Shown: positions 26,845 through 41,235 of the stretch, piece after piece
Layout: the number at the start of each line of letters is the position of its first letter
Position numbering within the stretch: the first letter of the stretch is position 1
Assembly (NCBI GenBank): GCA_038087875.1
Contig: CM075988.1
Span: 13,144,001 to 13,208,000 of the forward strand
Length of the DNA stretch: 64,000 nt
Reading direction: 5' to 3'
From: Malacoraja senta
Lineage: Eukaryota
The notes under the pieces: generated by a model
Told to the model about the DNA's origin: nothing
The model's input: the letters and a program-made list of their open reading frames with translations, nothing else
Database searches by the model: none
Position numbers and translations under genes: made by a program

Positions 26845-27150
26845 GCGGACTCAATCAGCACGGCTTGTTTACTCAGCCCCGCCTCCGGGCATTTATTCTC
26901 CAGCGGGTGCCGGAAGGGGTGTTACCTTCATGGTGACCGACAGACGAGAAGACCAATCTGCTGATCTCACGATTTTTTAAACCTTCATAACTTTTCTCAT
27001 ATTTCTCCGATCGGAACAAAGCTTGGTGGCTTGGAGCAGAGGAGAACGGTGCGGAATGTGGCGAAAAAATCCTAGCGATATAGGGTACCGTTTTATAATG
27101 CAGACCGGATATGGTCTAGATGAGAGTTTTAGTAATAGTATAGAGAGCGA
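26845..27150 (-). mobile_element. Possible non-autonomous Helitron-like 5' end (related start at ~59745 on +)
   Basis: The minus strand begins tctatactattactaaaactc. The 59745 copy begins cttataactataaaactc and is followed by a GT-rich microsatellite. Resemblance to Helitron 5' termini is from memory only. Confidence 0.35.
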
Positions 27151-30079
27151 TGTGAAACAAATTCAACTCAAGATGTTTAGATATCAGCACAAATCAGTGG
27201 TTTCCTGTCCACACCAACAACAACCATGCTAACAGGTTGTCATGAATAGTATTTCTCGAAATTGGCTGGAAGTTACTCAGGTCAGATTCTATTTGTTTTA
27301 TGGGTCCCTTACAGGACAGGGATGGAAAAACTAAGATTGCTCTGAGATTAATTGCGCTGGTTTGTTCAAGTGGAATGTCTGTCCACTTCCTTGTGGCAAG
27401 TTTCTGCATCGCATCCTTTGATGAACACTGCCAAACTTACTATGTTTTGCCTTTGATCTCGTTGTTGTGCTTACAAAAAGATTCTGATATCCACCTGCCA
27501 ATAGAAAAGAAATGATGTTGGAAGGAACTGCAGATGCTAGTTTAAACCGAAGATGGACACAAAATGCTTGAGTAACTCAGCAGGACAGACAGCATCTCTG
27601 GAAAGAAGGAATGGAAGAAACATCACCCATTCCTTCTCTCCAGAGATGCTGCCTGTCCCGCTGAGTTTCTCCAGCGTTTTGTGTGCATCTTCACAAAATA
27701 AATGATATCAGTAGAGAACACAGTTTTCATAGTATTGTTATTTTGGGACTTCTTGATGTCATTCAATTGCTTTTGAAAGTCTTTAATTGTTCTTACCTTA
27801 AGAAGGAGATTTGAAGAATCTTCTTAAGAAGGAGAATACTTGGAGCTCACCAGTCCAACAATATTGCCCTGGAGTCAACATACATAAAAAATTGACATTG
27901 TACACATTGCTGTATTGGAAATAGAGGAAATATATCTGAATGAAAAAACAATCTACTTTTAGCTTACCTCACTGGTTATGAAAAACATTGGGAAGTGGGG
28001 AATTACTTGAAAAGACCTCTGAGGAAATGTCCTGCTAATATCGGCAACACTACAGTAGTGTCTCTGCTTCACCCACAATAAACAGTACACACCTGAAAAA
28101 AAACCTTAGTGTCAGAGTTGGAATCTGCAATGATGAGGAAAATGATTGGATTTCAGGGACTCTGTCATTAACTCCAACAATCCTTATTCCAGGAGTTATA
28201 CTTGAACCCATGCATGTTTGCCTGAACTTGAGACTACTGCAGGTTACAAGCTTGAACTGCAATGATGATGAACCCCATGCTATATCAGGTACGCACCCCT
28301 TTACAAATTGCATCATGTGACTAATGGCTAATTTCACAAATGTTTTAGTGCTGGATGTAGAATGCACAAGAAGGTTCCTGTCCCTACGTAAACTTTTCTT
28401 TTCTCTAATAAAGTAGCCTTGTTTACTTGAATCACTAGCCATTTTACAGTGTTTCAGAGCGGGAACCTGAGCTGCCAAGGCGCTTCTGGTGTGGGTTTTA
28501 TTAGTGATATTTGAAGTCAGTAATCTGATAGCCTCTGAGGTTGAATGCAGTTGAAATGTTCTTTGGGGAATTGTTCAGCGTGGGATTGTTTTGTTATATT
28601 TAAATGTCAACCTGAAAAGTCTGTTCTGAGAAGCGAGCAGTTTCAATTCACACAAGAGTCAGAACAGTCAATGAAATGTACTTTTTGTCACTTAAATCAT
28701 TCAAAATCACTGGAACTACTAAATATTGAGAGATATTACAACTTACCAAGACTGGGCTGGGGCATCCAGCAATTAAAGATTTGAGCCTTGGATGCTGCTA
28801 AATGATCTGAAGGAAATTCATATTGACTTTCCATAAAACTGTGTCCATTTTATGGGAAGTTAATATGAATTTCCTTTAGATCATTTAGCAACTTCCAAGA
28901 AACACTTTCTTTGAAAATCTGTGTTTGTTATTTCAAAACTGAAGATAGAAAGGAGAGATATTTGTACACCATTGCAGGTGAGAGCTTTGAAGGAGGTAGA
29001 TATTCACTGGGAACAGGCATGAAAATAAAGCTTGGATCCATGAAATATCCTTCGGTCGATATATCATAGCAGCCATGAACTCATTGAGTTGTGAAACAGG
29101 AAAGAAGGGCCAAATGGCTCTACTTCTGCTCCTGTCCTCTTCGTCTGAAGTCTTCCAACTGGAATTGACAACAACCCCACCAGCACCAACCAGAATAGCA
29201 TGACTGTACAAAATATTGGCCTGTGAATGACTCTAAAATAATTACCCTGCCACTTATTTTGTAACCTGAAATATAACCAGTTAATGCTGGGAATACTCAG
29301 CAAGTCATGCAATATCTGCAGAGAAAAGCTAAGTTGGCCTTTCAGGTTGAGTAAGTGCCCTCAGCATTTTGCTTGCACTGGAAATCTCACGACAGCTGGA
29401 TAATAAAGCAGGGAATGGTTGACGTACATAGGAGTATGTGATATACAATGCATTTATTGATTGCTGCTCTTAAGCAGATTAAAAGGAGCATTGAGTTTTT
29501 TTGCACCATGCCGAATTGTGGAAATCAGTGATCAGCAATATTAAATGTCATGTTAACAATCTCAATAAATCCTGGGTAAATTGCACATGTCAGTAGGAGT
29601 CGGCTGGTCAAGGTTAGACTTTCCCATATTGTACAACTGGGACTTTTTTGGTAGGAACTAATTCATTTGTATAGCCTTTGTTGCTTCTGTCTCCAATGTG
29701 CACGAGTCAGTTTCTCTGCTGAAAATTACATCTAATCTGTTACTTACCTTAGATCATAAATAGTTTTGAGACATGATTGAATGCTACTAATCCAAAAGAT
29801 TGCTAGTCCATTCCTTCCAGAGCTGCTTTCTGAGTCGGGTTACTCCTGCACTTTGTGCTTTACTTAAGAGGTGTTTGTTTTCTAAAGATAAAAAGGTGTA
29901 ACAGATGGTTCATTGAGCTGGTGTCAGGTGTGTGGTTTCAAGGTTTGCTCATTGACTCATCCTTGATGTGTTGATTTAAAAATTGAGTAGGAAAGTGCAC
30001 AGCCAGCCATTGTACGGAAATTAAGGCAAACTGCTTTGATTATACACATTTTTTATATCCATCGTGAATTGCCTCATTA

Positions 30080-31140
30080 GAAAACATAGAAACATAAAAA
30101 ATAGGTGCAGGAGGAGGCCATTTGGCCCTTCGAGCCTGCACCGCCGTTCATTATGATCATGGCTGATCATCCACAATCAGTAACTCGTGCTTGCCTTCTC
30201 CCCATATACCTTGATTCCGCTAGCCCTTAGAGCTCTATCTAACTCTCTTTTAAATTCATCCAGTGAATTGGCCTCTACTGCCTTCTGTGGCAGACAATTC
30301 CACAAATTCATAAGGGGAGTTGAGTATAGGAGCAAAGAGGTCCTTCTGCAGCTAATCAGGGCCCCAGTGAGACCACACCTGAAGTATTGTGTGCAGTTTT
30401 GGTCTCCAAATTTGAGGAAGGACATTCTTGCTGTTGAGGGAGTGCAGCGTAGGTTTACAAGGTTACGGATGGCGGGACTGTCATATGCCGAGAGAATGGA
30501 GTGGCTGGGCTTGTATACTCTGGAATTTAGAAAGATGAGAGGGGATCTTATTGAAACATATAAGATTATTAAGGGTTTTGACATGCTAGAGGCCGGAAAC
30601 ATGTTCCCGATGTTGGGGGAGTCCAGAACCAGGGGCCACAGTTTAAGAATAAGGGGTAAGCCATTTAGAACAGAGAAGAGAAAACACTTTTTCACACAGA
30701 GAGTTGCGAGTCTGTGGAATTCTCTGTCTCAGAGGGCGGTGGAGGCCGGTTCGCTGGATATTTTCAAGAGAGAGCTAGATAGGGCTCTAAAAGACATTGT
30801 GGAGTATATGGGATGAAGGCAATTAACACTGATTGTGGATGATCAGCCATGATCACATTGAATGGTGGTGCTGGCTCAAAGGGCCCACTCCTGCACCTAT
30901 TGTCTATTGTCTAAATTCACAACTCTCTGGATAAAAACGTTTTTTCTCATCACAGTTTTAAATGTCCTCCCCTTTATTCTTAGACAGTGGCCCCTGGTTC
31001 TGGACTCCCCCAACATTGGAAACATTTTTCCTGTATCTAGCTTGTCCAGTCCTTTTATAATTTTATGTTTCTATAAGATCCCTTCTCATCCTTCTAAATT
31101 CCAGTGAATACAAGCCCAGTCTTTCCAATCTTTCCTCATA
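30080..31140. mobile_element. Nested CR1 fragments (+ copy at ~30311-30912 inside a - copy)
   Basis: Plus-strand HLKYCVQFWSP...RTRGHSLRIRGKPF splits a minus-strand CR1 3' end. AAATTCA is duplicated at both junctions. Confidence 0.85.
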
Positions 31141-31229
31141 TGATACATTATGCAACTTTCCTCATTAATTGATCATTATAGGTTTATGCATATTATTTGA
31201 ATATAACGGTTTGAGAGCAGGATGTCTTA

Positions 31230-32108
31230 AGGGCCTGGCCACTTGGGTGATTTGTCAGTGGACTGCCGGCGACTTTCAAGTTCGCGACACTCGCTGAAAA
31301 AACGGGAACTGGAACGGCGAGTGNNNNNNNNNNNNNNNNNNNNNNNNNNNNNNNNNNNNNNNNNNNNNNNNNNNNNNNNNNNNNNNNNNNNNNNNNNNNN
31401 NNNNNNNNNNNNNNNNNNNNNNNNNNNNNNNNNNNNNNNNNNNNNNNNNNNNNNNNNNNNNNNNNNNNNNNNNNNNNNNNNNNNNNNNNNNNNNNNNNNN
31501 NNNNNNNNNNNNNNNNNNNNNNNNNNNNNNNNNNNNNNNNNNNNNNNNNNNNNNNNNNNNNNNNNNNNNNNNNNCACGGTGCAAAGCCAAGGTGATACAG
31601 CCAGGAAGGTTAAGACGGCTAGCACAGTGGGGGGAAGGAGTGGAGACACTTTAAAGAAGCCAGACAATTTTGAATAAGCCAGAGATACACAGTTGTGAAG
31701 TTTGGCGAGCATTTAACATTACCGGTTGGTTCTCCTTGGTTCTGAAAACTCATGCTTACGTTTTTTTATCCCCCAATGAGCCAATGAAAATGCCCGGTCA
31801 GCAAAGGCGATTAACTAAAACTACCTACGACTAGCTTGACTACCTATAACTACATGGCGACCCCAATACAACTGCACCTACGACTACAAAAGTATCGATT
31901 TTCTCCATGGCGACTAATTTTTGGTCGCAGAAATGTTTTCAACATGTTGAAAAATTTGTGGCGACCATACTGAGGCCGCGACTAGTTCCCAGAATGCGGG
32001 AACTCCTCATGACCATGAAGGAGACTCACCAGAGACCACCAGCAAACATGTGGCGAGCGCAGAGTCCCCTGCACTCGCGTAAAAGGTCGCCTAAGTGGGA
32101 CAGGCCCT
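31230..32108. mobile_element. PIF/Harbinger-type MITE spanning an N gap
   Basis: AGGGCCTGGCCACTT...AAGTGGGACAGGCCCT with TTA on both flanks. Confidence 0.75.
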
Positions 32109-32593
32109 TTAGAGAGAGAATTTCCATAATTTTGTTGAAGGCAGTATTTGAACCATTCGTCCATTCTTTTCTTAAATTCATGGTGTCATCACATCCAATA
32201 CATTCACTGTGTCAATAAGTTAATACATTTCATCTACAGAGAACCAATCCCAATTAAGTAAAACACAATGTGATGGAATAACTCAACGGGTCAGGCAGCA
32301 ACTCTGAGGTAATGGACAAGCGACGTTTCCGGTTGCGAGCTTCCACTTACGTGGCCTCTGTGAACATTACATCCTGAATCCATGGCCCCAGTTGTAACTC
32401 AATTGTAACCATGTAAGAATGAGATGCTTCTCATCAGGCACACACCCTGCCTGAGATCATCGACCACCAACTCCGAAACTGTCTGAGGCGACTCAAGGTG
32501 ACCCAAAATCAAACCTATTTCCATATTGGCACTGGATGTAGGAATCATCACTGTTGCATTTGTAAGCGTCTGATTTAGGTAGAATTATTTCCA

Positions 32594-35500
32594 TCTTCCG
32601 GTGGCGCCATGGAGCAGTGAGAGGCACAGCATTAAGCTCCACTCCCGATAAATCGCTGAAAAAGAAGTTTTGGAAGACGGGACCGATTTAAAAATACCGG
32701 AGCTGCTTGACATCGTGTAAGTGACGTCATCAGAAATCGCCGCGAAATAACGGAGAATACCGGCAGTTTTAAATGAGAAAGAGGAATCTGCCCCAGAGAC
32801 CTACAAGACCTGCTACAAGAAGCTTTCTGAAAGAACTTTTATCACTTTTATCTCCCATAGTTAATAACCCTTTGTTTAATCCCTCTACTATAGATAAATC
32901 TTTCACACATTGAGATAGACTAGGAATTAAAACGTTCGGTGACTTATATGAAACTGGAAAATTACTTTCATTTCAACAATTACAAATAAAATATAAACTC
33001 GGAAATAATCAATATTTTAAATATTTTCAAATATGCGACTATTTGAAAAAATATATAAAAGATCATTATAATAGCCCAGCAGATGTATTGGATGATGCAA
33101 TGCAGATAAAAGCTGAATCAGCAAACTTAATATCATATTTGTATAATATTATCTTAATTGTAGAAATACCATCTACGGAGGGTATCAGAAGAGACTGGGA
33201 ACAAGAGTTAGCTATTAAAATTTCAAAGGAAAGGCGGAATGAATAAAAGTGCATAAATGTTCGATTAATGTAAGACACACTTTAATACAATTTAAAATTT
33301 TACATAGATTATATTATTCCAAAACTAAAATCCATAAAATGTTCCCAAATGTATCATCCATTTGTGATAAATGTCAATCCCAAGAAGCTACTATAGCGCA
33401 CTCATTTGTTTTCTGTACAAAAATTCAAAAATGTTGGATTGAAATTTTCGAAATCTTTACAAAATTATTTAAAATAAAACTGATACCCAAAGCAGAATGG
33501 ATTATCTTCGGAATAACGGAAGATGGTCCAGAATTAAATGTGTTTCAAAAGAAACTAATAGACGTCGGGTTAATAACCGGAAAAAAGCTAATCCTAAAAT
33601 TTTGGAAGAAGGCTCCAATACCAACTATAAACATGTGGATTTCAAATATGTTCGAAACATTACACCTAGAAGAGATAGGACTCCTCCTGGCAGGTAAACC
33701 AGATCACTTCCACCTGACGTGGTCTGTATTTATAGAATTATTACAAAAATAGGGTGCAAAGGTACTTAAAAAAAAAAAACTGAGGTCAGGTAAGGGGGGA
33801 TGAAAGTTGGAGAGTTGGTATGTCCTATTTGCGTAATGCTCATAAAAACTATTTGTTTCTCTCTTTTCCCTCTTTCTCTTTCTCCTTCTTTTCTAGGGTC
33901 TATTTCTTAACTCTTTTTCTTTTGTTTTTAATTTTGTTCTTATAGGATCTTCGTTCTTTCTTGTTGTCACATTTTCTACACTTTCACGTTTTCCTTCACT
34001 TTCTTCTTTCTCTCAATCTCATCCTTTCTCTTTTCCAGTGTAAAAAACAAACGGAGTACATTAATTGTAAGAAGATATAAGTGACGAGTACTAATGTATG
34101 TGGTTGTAATGTAATGTACTTCTAATAAATTAAAAATAAAAAAATAAAAAAATAAAAGAAATCGCCGAGAAATAACGGAGAATACCGGCAGTTTTAAATG
34201 AGAAAGAGGAATCTGCCCCAGAGACCTACAAGACCTGCTACAAGAAGCTTTCTGAAAGAACTGGGGAAAACTTTACATACAGCAGCAGAAGAAAGCTCAG
34301 AAGAGGAATCTGAATCTCAAAGATCAGCCACGGAAATGGCTTCTAAGGAGAAACAGGTGGAGCAAATGGAACAATCGGTAAGAACCTCAGTAATGAGTGA
34401 CCTTGCTAAAATGATACAAGATGGGAATACTGAATTGGAGAAAAACCTGTCTAAACAAATTAAGTATGGTAACACGGAGGTCATTCAGGAAATCGCTACT
34501 CTAAGGAAACGTGTTGAAGAAATTGAGGATGATTTAAGTACAGAAATCAAATGGGTGGAGAAAGATTCCAACGAAAAGTTTGATGCTGTCCTCAAAACTA
34601 CTAAAGCATACAACACGGTTATGGAAGATATGGAAGCTGCGATGAATGATATGTCTAAAGAGATCAAGAGACTGGGGAAGGAGCTGGAATGTGTTTCGGG
34701 GCAACTAGCCAAAACGTCTGACAAATGCTTGGATTTGGAAGCAAGATCGAGAAGACAGAATTTAAGAATAGTTGGAGTCACAGAGGGAAGGGAATCTGGA
34801 AAGAACCCTCGGGAGTTTGCTGCAAACTTACTTAAACATGTATTTAAGCTGTCTGACAATCCGAGAATAGATGTGGCTCATCGGGTTCGACGAGCTCAAC
34901 CAAAGCTAGGAACCCTACCAAGACAGATCATAGTGAAATTTCACGACATTTCAGCTCAGGAAGATATTATGAAACAAATCCCATTCGGAACGAATTTGAT
35001 ATTTGAAGAGGAACATTTGAGATTCTTCCGAGACTATCCTCCAGAAATCGCCAATAAAATAATAATAATAATAGATTTTATTTTAAGGGCGCCTAATACC
35101 GAGGTCTCTAGGACACCTTACAATTTAAGAAACATATAAACATATAATCAGAGTAAAACAAGTTATAAAGACATCACAAATACACAAATTAAAAACAGAA
35201 ATTCGATCCAAAAAAAGACAACAACAAAATTCAGAAAACACAACATGACAGAGATGACAGATTCTGAAAGGAATCCAATCTGTAAGATACGGAATAATGT
35301 ACCCTGCAAAAATGAGTGTTACTTATAAGAGTGTAGAACGTGCCTTTACTGACCCAGAAGAAGCATTTAAATATGCACAAGAAATTGTAAAGGAGACCGA
35401 CACCTAAGTAAACAACACGATTATCAGAGTTGGTACTTTATAATATCGGCAGAGGTGAAATGGTGAAGATATTACTTTTTAATCAAAGAAAATGCTTTAA

Positions 35501-38500
35501 TTAAGATGGCGGAATTTTCGATGAGGCGTTGGCTAGACATTTTATCTCTTTGAAATGCTAACCCAAGGTCGAACTTTATGCTTCACTTTGAACGAAGGGC
35601 TTAAATACAAAGCGGAGCCGTGGAACATGGAAAATTAACAAAAAGGGACTTGAAAGCAAAAATTTATGATTTAACATTGTTTTTGTTTTTTTATTTTACA
35701 ATTTAATACTAACATATAAGTAATCAAGTAATTGAATTAACTTAGCAATAGCAAGCTAATATGATTTAGTACAATGTAACAATGACTAACTCCTCCGGGG
35801 GGGGAGGGGGAGAACAGCCAAGAGTCTGATTCTGGTTAACCCTTTGCAACCTGCTGCTGTCTAATATAAGAGACTGGGACCTAACTGGGAAGTAAAATGT
35901 AATAATTGTTAGTATATATTGGCATGTGCTAGTAGATATTAGTATATATCTAATGCTAGATTATTTGAAGATGCAGTTAGATATACAGACTCGAAGGTTT
36001 TTTAAAATATATATATATATCTCGCGGTTTTGAACTGGCCTTTCTTCCTTTTTACAATATTTGATCAAGGGAGCGGAGCTTAATGTAAATTAACATCTAC
36101 GGAAGTCCTTAAGAATTTAGCTACCACCAATAGGTGGTTATTTTTTTATGGTATCCTTTTTAGATACTATAATAGCACTTTTTTTATATTTCTATATCAC
36201 GTCACACTTTTTTGTCTTTTTTAAGGTTTATTTTGAAAGGGATATGCCAACAAAATCTAATAATTGCAGATGCCCACCCAACACCAGGAGGATTGAGGTA
36301 CTGTGTTGCACCATATGACTTAAAGGTATCAAATTGATTCACAATGCAAGACGATAAACAAAAGAAAATTGGAGGAATCACATTTTGTAGCTGGAATATA
36401 AGGGGCGCTAATGAGCCAATTAAAAGGGGTAAGATTTTCGCCCAACTAAAATCACTCAACTCTGACATGATTTTTTTACAGGAAACACACTTGAAACGAC
36501 AAGCTCAGACTAGACTGAAGGCAAATTGGATCGGGTAAACATATTACTCTTCATTTATTTCTAAATCTAGAGGCACAGCAATTATTATTTGTAAAGGTAT
36601 ACCATTTAAATCAAAGAATATTATAACAGATAAAGAGGGGAGATATGTTATAGTCACGATAGAGATTTATTCTACCCCCTTACTATGATAAACATTTATG
36701 CTCCCAATTTTGACAATCCCCAATTCTTTAATAAAATTCTGGATATAATTTCAGAGTTTAATTATCAAAATGTGATAATTGGGGGAGACTTCAATTGCGT
36801 TTTAGATCCATATCTGGACAAATCTGCGAAACAAAAGAGGATCAACATAAAATCTAAAACTAGTGAACTCCTAAATACATATATAAAAAACACAAATATA
36901 ACAGACGTATGGAGGATTGCTAATCCAGTTGGAAGGGAATACTCTTTTTATTCAACGGTACATAAAACTTATTCGCGTATCGACTATTTTCTAGTGGATA
37001 CGAAATTAATTCCGTACACAATTAATCCTAAATATCATAATAGCATCATTTCTGATCACTCCCCGCTAACTTTTTTCTTAAAAGTAGAAGGAATGTCTAA
37101 TAAAAAATCGTTTTGGAGGTTTAACCCCCAAATTTTAAACAACCCACAAGGTTGTACATATTTAAAACAACAGATGGAATTTTTTTTTGAGACTAACGAT
37201 ACTCCAGGTATCTCACACTCTTTATTATGGGAAGCTTTTAAGGCATTTATCAGAGGAGTTATAATTTCATATCAAGTTTTTCAAAATAAAAAGAATAATA
37301 CTGAACAAATGCAGCTGGAAGAACAAATTAAACAATTAGATACAGATAACGCTAAAGACCCAACCATTTAACTAGACAAAAATAAAAATTAAAAGACAGA
37401 CAGGCTGTAGGGGCCTCTGCAGTAATCCTGCGCCGCCCACTATCCTGCGAAGACCCTAGCGAGAAGATTGGGTAAATACGTTAGTAAATTAATAAATCCG
37501 GATCAAACGGGGTTTATACCGAAGAGATACTCATGCACCAATTTGAGACGTTTGTTTAATATAATGCACTCACATAAAATTGAAGAAGAAGACTTATCAA
37601 TTATTTCATTGGACGCAGAAAAAGCATTTGACCAAGTGGAATGGCAATACCTTTTTTTGCAAAAATTTCAAATGGGAGAGAATTTTATCTCATGGGTAAA
37701 ATTATTATATGACAAGCCGACTGCTAGAATACTGACCAATAACATACTATCTTTGAAATTTCAACTATCCAGGGGCAATAGGCAGGGATGCGCATTATCG
37801 CCCCTGCTATTTGCTCTTGTGATAGAGCCCCTAGCAGAATGTATAAGAATACATCCGAATATCCATGGTTATAATACCAAACATTCAAACAATAAAATGT
37901 CATTATATGCAGATGATGCATTATTATACATCACAAAATCGCAAATCAGCATACCAAATATATTAAATTTAATAGAGGAATTTGGTTCCTTTTCAGGATA
38001 TAGAATAAATTGGAATAAAAGCGAAATTATGACGATAAAACCTCAAGAGCCGACATACCTTTTAAAATTCCCTTTTAGAATTGCAACAGAAAAATTTAAA
38101 TATTTGGGTATCCAAATTACCAGAAAATATAATTCTTTATTTAATGCAAACTATATGCCTTTACTAACTAAATTAAATGCGTCGATTAAATTTTGGAAAA
38201 CACTTCTGATGTCTTTAATAGGCAGAATAAATGCTATAAAAATGATTTTCCTACCACATATTTTGTATTTATTTCAATCAATACCAATATACTTACCTAA
38301 AAAAATCTTTAAAAAACTTGACTCTGATATTACACGTTTCATATGGGACTATAAATCACATAGAATTCAAAGAAAACACCTGTGTAAACCTAAAGAATTC
38401 GGCAGACTGACACTCCCCAATTTCTTGTACTACTATTGGGCAGTGAATATTAAAAATGTAATTCATTGGCTGGACAACTCTGCTCAACAAGTAGACTGGA

Positions 38501-39863
38501 TAATAATTGAGACAGAGGATTGTTATCCTTTTAACATAGGAGCGATCCTTTTCTCCCCGATAAAACTGAACAATACAATATATAAGAAGAATCCAATAGT
38601 TCATAGTACAATACGAATTTGGAAACAAATAAAATTAACTCTCAAATTAAGAAATCTATCGCTCCTCTCTCCAATAGTTAATAATCCGTCATTTAAACCA
38701 TCTATTATTGATAAAACGTTTACCCATTGGGAAAGAATAGGAATCAAAACGCTTGGAGACATGTACGAAATGGGAAACCTTTTATCATTTCAACAACTAC
38801 AATTAAAATACAACCTGAAAAGTAATCAATATTTCAAATACCTTCAAATCCGAGATTACCTGAAAAAACACACAAGAATATCAAACCTTAACCTCAGATC
38901 TATTAGATGAAGGAATGAACAGAAATGCGGAAACAAGTAATTTAATATCATATTTGTATAACATCATTTTAAACACAGAAATACCATCGACAGAAGCAAT
39001 TAGAAGGGATTGAGAACAAGAATTAGCTATAAAAATTCCGAAAATCAAATGGGAAAAATACTTGCTATATGTACATAAATGCTCGATTAATGTAAGACAC
39101 AACTTAATTCAATTTAAAATTTTACATAGATTATATTACTCAAAAACCAAACTGAATACAATTTTCCAAATGTTTCTCCCATCTGTGATAAATGCCTATC
39201 TCAAAACGCTACTATATACACTCTTTTGTCTCTTGCATAAAACTTCAAAAATTCTGGAATGACATTTTTGGAATTTTTACAAAACTATTTAAAATAAAAT
39301 TGAAGCCCAATGCAGAACTGATTCTCTTCGGATCAATGGAAGACGGATGTAAGCTGACTTCATTTCAAAAATGTTTACTTAATTATGGCTTAATAACAGA
39401 AAAAAAATTAGACTTAAATTCTGGAAAAATGCACCCACACTGACGCTCAAAATGTGGATCTCAAACATGTCGGAAATGTTACACCTTGAAGATATGAGAT
39501 TCCTCCTATCAGGCAAATAAGACCAATTCTTAAAGATTTGGTCTCCATTTATCGACTTATTACAAGCATGTGGTGCAACACAACCTTAGAAATTAATTGT
39601 GTCATAACCGGCTGAAGGGTGGGTAAATATACGAAGGAGGCATATCCCTTTCATTTTCTCTCTTTTCTTTCTTTTTTTTTCTTTTCTCTTTCTCTCTCCT
39701 CTATTCTCTCTCTTTCTGCTTATTTCACATCACCTTCTTTTTTTTCTTTTTCGAGCTATATTATATTCTCTATCTTTATATTTCTTGCTTTTCTTACTCT
39801 TTTTTTTCTACTATTAATATAAAATTTGTTTAAAAAATAAAAAATTAAAAAAATTAAAATTAA
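32594..39863 (+). mobile_element. Full-length L1-clade LINE (ORF1 34198-~35400; ORF2 ~36344-39530, disrupted)
   Basis: 13-bp TSD AGAATTATTTCCA (32581, 39864). ORF1 LDLEARSRRQNLRIVG; APE WNIRG/LQETH; RT DAEKAFD, RQGCALSP, YADD. Frameshifts, a deletion near 37371-37468, and an inverted L2-like tail inserted in ORF1 at ~35055-35275. Confidence 0.95.
32838..34156 (+). mobile_element. 5'-truncated L1 inserted into the 5' end of the full-length L1
   Basis: ORF2 3' end, 3' UTR and A-rich tail, flanked by 106-bp direct repeats (32732-32837, 34157-34262). Confidence 0.88.
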
Positions 39864-40139
39864 AGAATTATTTCCAATGATAGCTCTTACACGGAGAGCA
39901 ATGTCTTCTTCTGCTTGTGCGTATGTCCAGTTGATTTTGATACCAATTTTCTGAGGCATTAAAATAAAGACAAATGAGGAATTTATTTATTCATGCCTTG
40001 AACAACCTTCTCAAATCCAACATTCTTAAGAAACATTTTGCCATTACAAATAGTCCCAGGCCTATATAAGGAGGTTTTTGGCTATTTGTTTCTCAAATAA
40101 AACTCAATACCGGTGAGTTTACTAAATTGGCATAATTTC

Positions 40140-41235
40140 TAGAGTCGTGGTGTCATACAGCATGGAAACAGGCCGTTCACCTCAACTGGCCCATGCCGAC
40201 CAAGATGCCCCATCTATACTGGTCCCCCCTACCCATGTTTGGCCCATATCTCTCTAAACTTTTTCAACCATTTACCTGTCCAAATGTCTTTCAAATACTG
40301 TTGTCGTACCTGCTTCAACTACCTCCTCTGGCAGCTTCTTCCAGAAACCCACTACCCTGTGTGTGAATAAGTTGCCTCAGGTTCCTATTAAATCTTTTCT
40401 CCATCACCTTATACATATGTTCTCTGGTTCTTGATTCCCCTACTGTGGGTAAAAGTCCTTGTCCATTCACCCTATCTATTCCTCTCATGATTGTATATAC
40501 CTCAATCAGATCATCCATCATCCTCATACGCTCCAAGGAATAAATTTCCAGCCTCTCCCTCTAGCTGAATACCTCAAGTCCCGGAAACATTCTCGTAAAT
40601 CTTCTCTGAACTCCTTCCAGTTTTATATTTGACCAGCAGATGGTGCAAGAACTACACTAGGATTCAGTACATAAATCAAAGTGCAGATTACTGCAGCAAC
40701 TGTAGCAATTTTGTTTCTGAAAGCAAGAAAACTACAAATATGGTGCCAAGTAAAAGTGATTATCCGACACACTTGGGAATTTGAAAGTTGGTTTATTGTC
40801 AAATTTTCCAGAATATTGAATGTTATTCCTATTCACGCCCTACACATTTTCAATTCATATGAAAAAATATTATATTATATTGCTGTGCTATATTTTCTAT
40901 GTTATATAATATAAAAAAACAAATTCAACACTGGAGCTATTGTATAAATAGACAATAGACAATGTGTTCAAGGGTAGGCCATTCGGCCCTTTGAGCCAGC
41001 ACTGCCATTCATTGTGATCATGGCTGATCATCCCCAATCAGTACCCCGTTCCTGCCTTCTCCCCATATCCCCTGACTCCGCTATGTTTAGGAGCCCTATC
41101 TAGCTCTCTCTTGAAAGTATCCAGAGAACCGGCCTCCACCGCCCTCTGAGGCAGAGAATTCCACAGACTCACACCTCTCTGTGTGAAAAAGTGTTTCCTC
41201 GTCTCTGTTCTAAATGGCTTACCCCTCATTCTTAA
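40140..41235 (-). mobile_element. Two CR1 3' fragments (40140-40620, 40945-41235)
   Basis: GESRTREH...FNRNLR and KPFRTETRKHFFTQRGVSLWNSLP on the minus strand. Confidence 0.85.

Noticed and set aside
28050-28478. Possible TCR/Ig V pseudogene (VTC…AWVQ…SGVYCLLW)
   Set aside because: It needs three frame changes, the Trp-to-Cys spacing is too short, and there is no RSS. Kept only as part of a low-interest finding.
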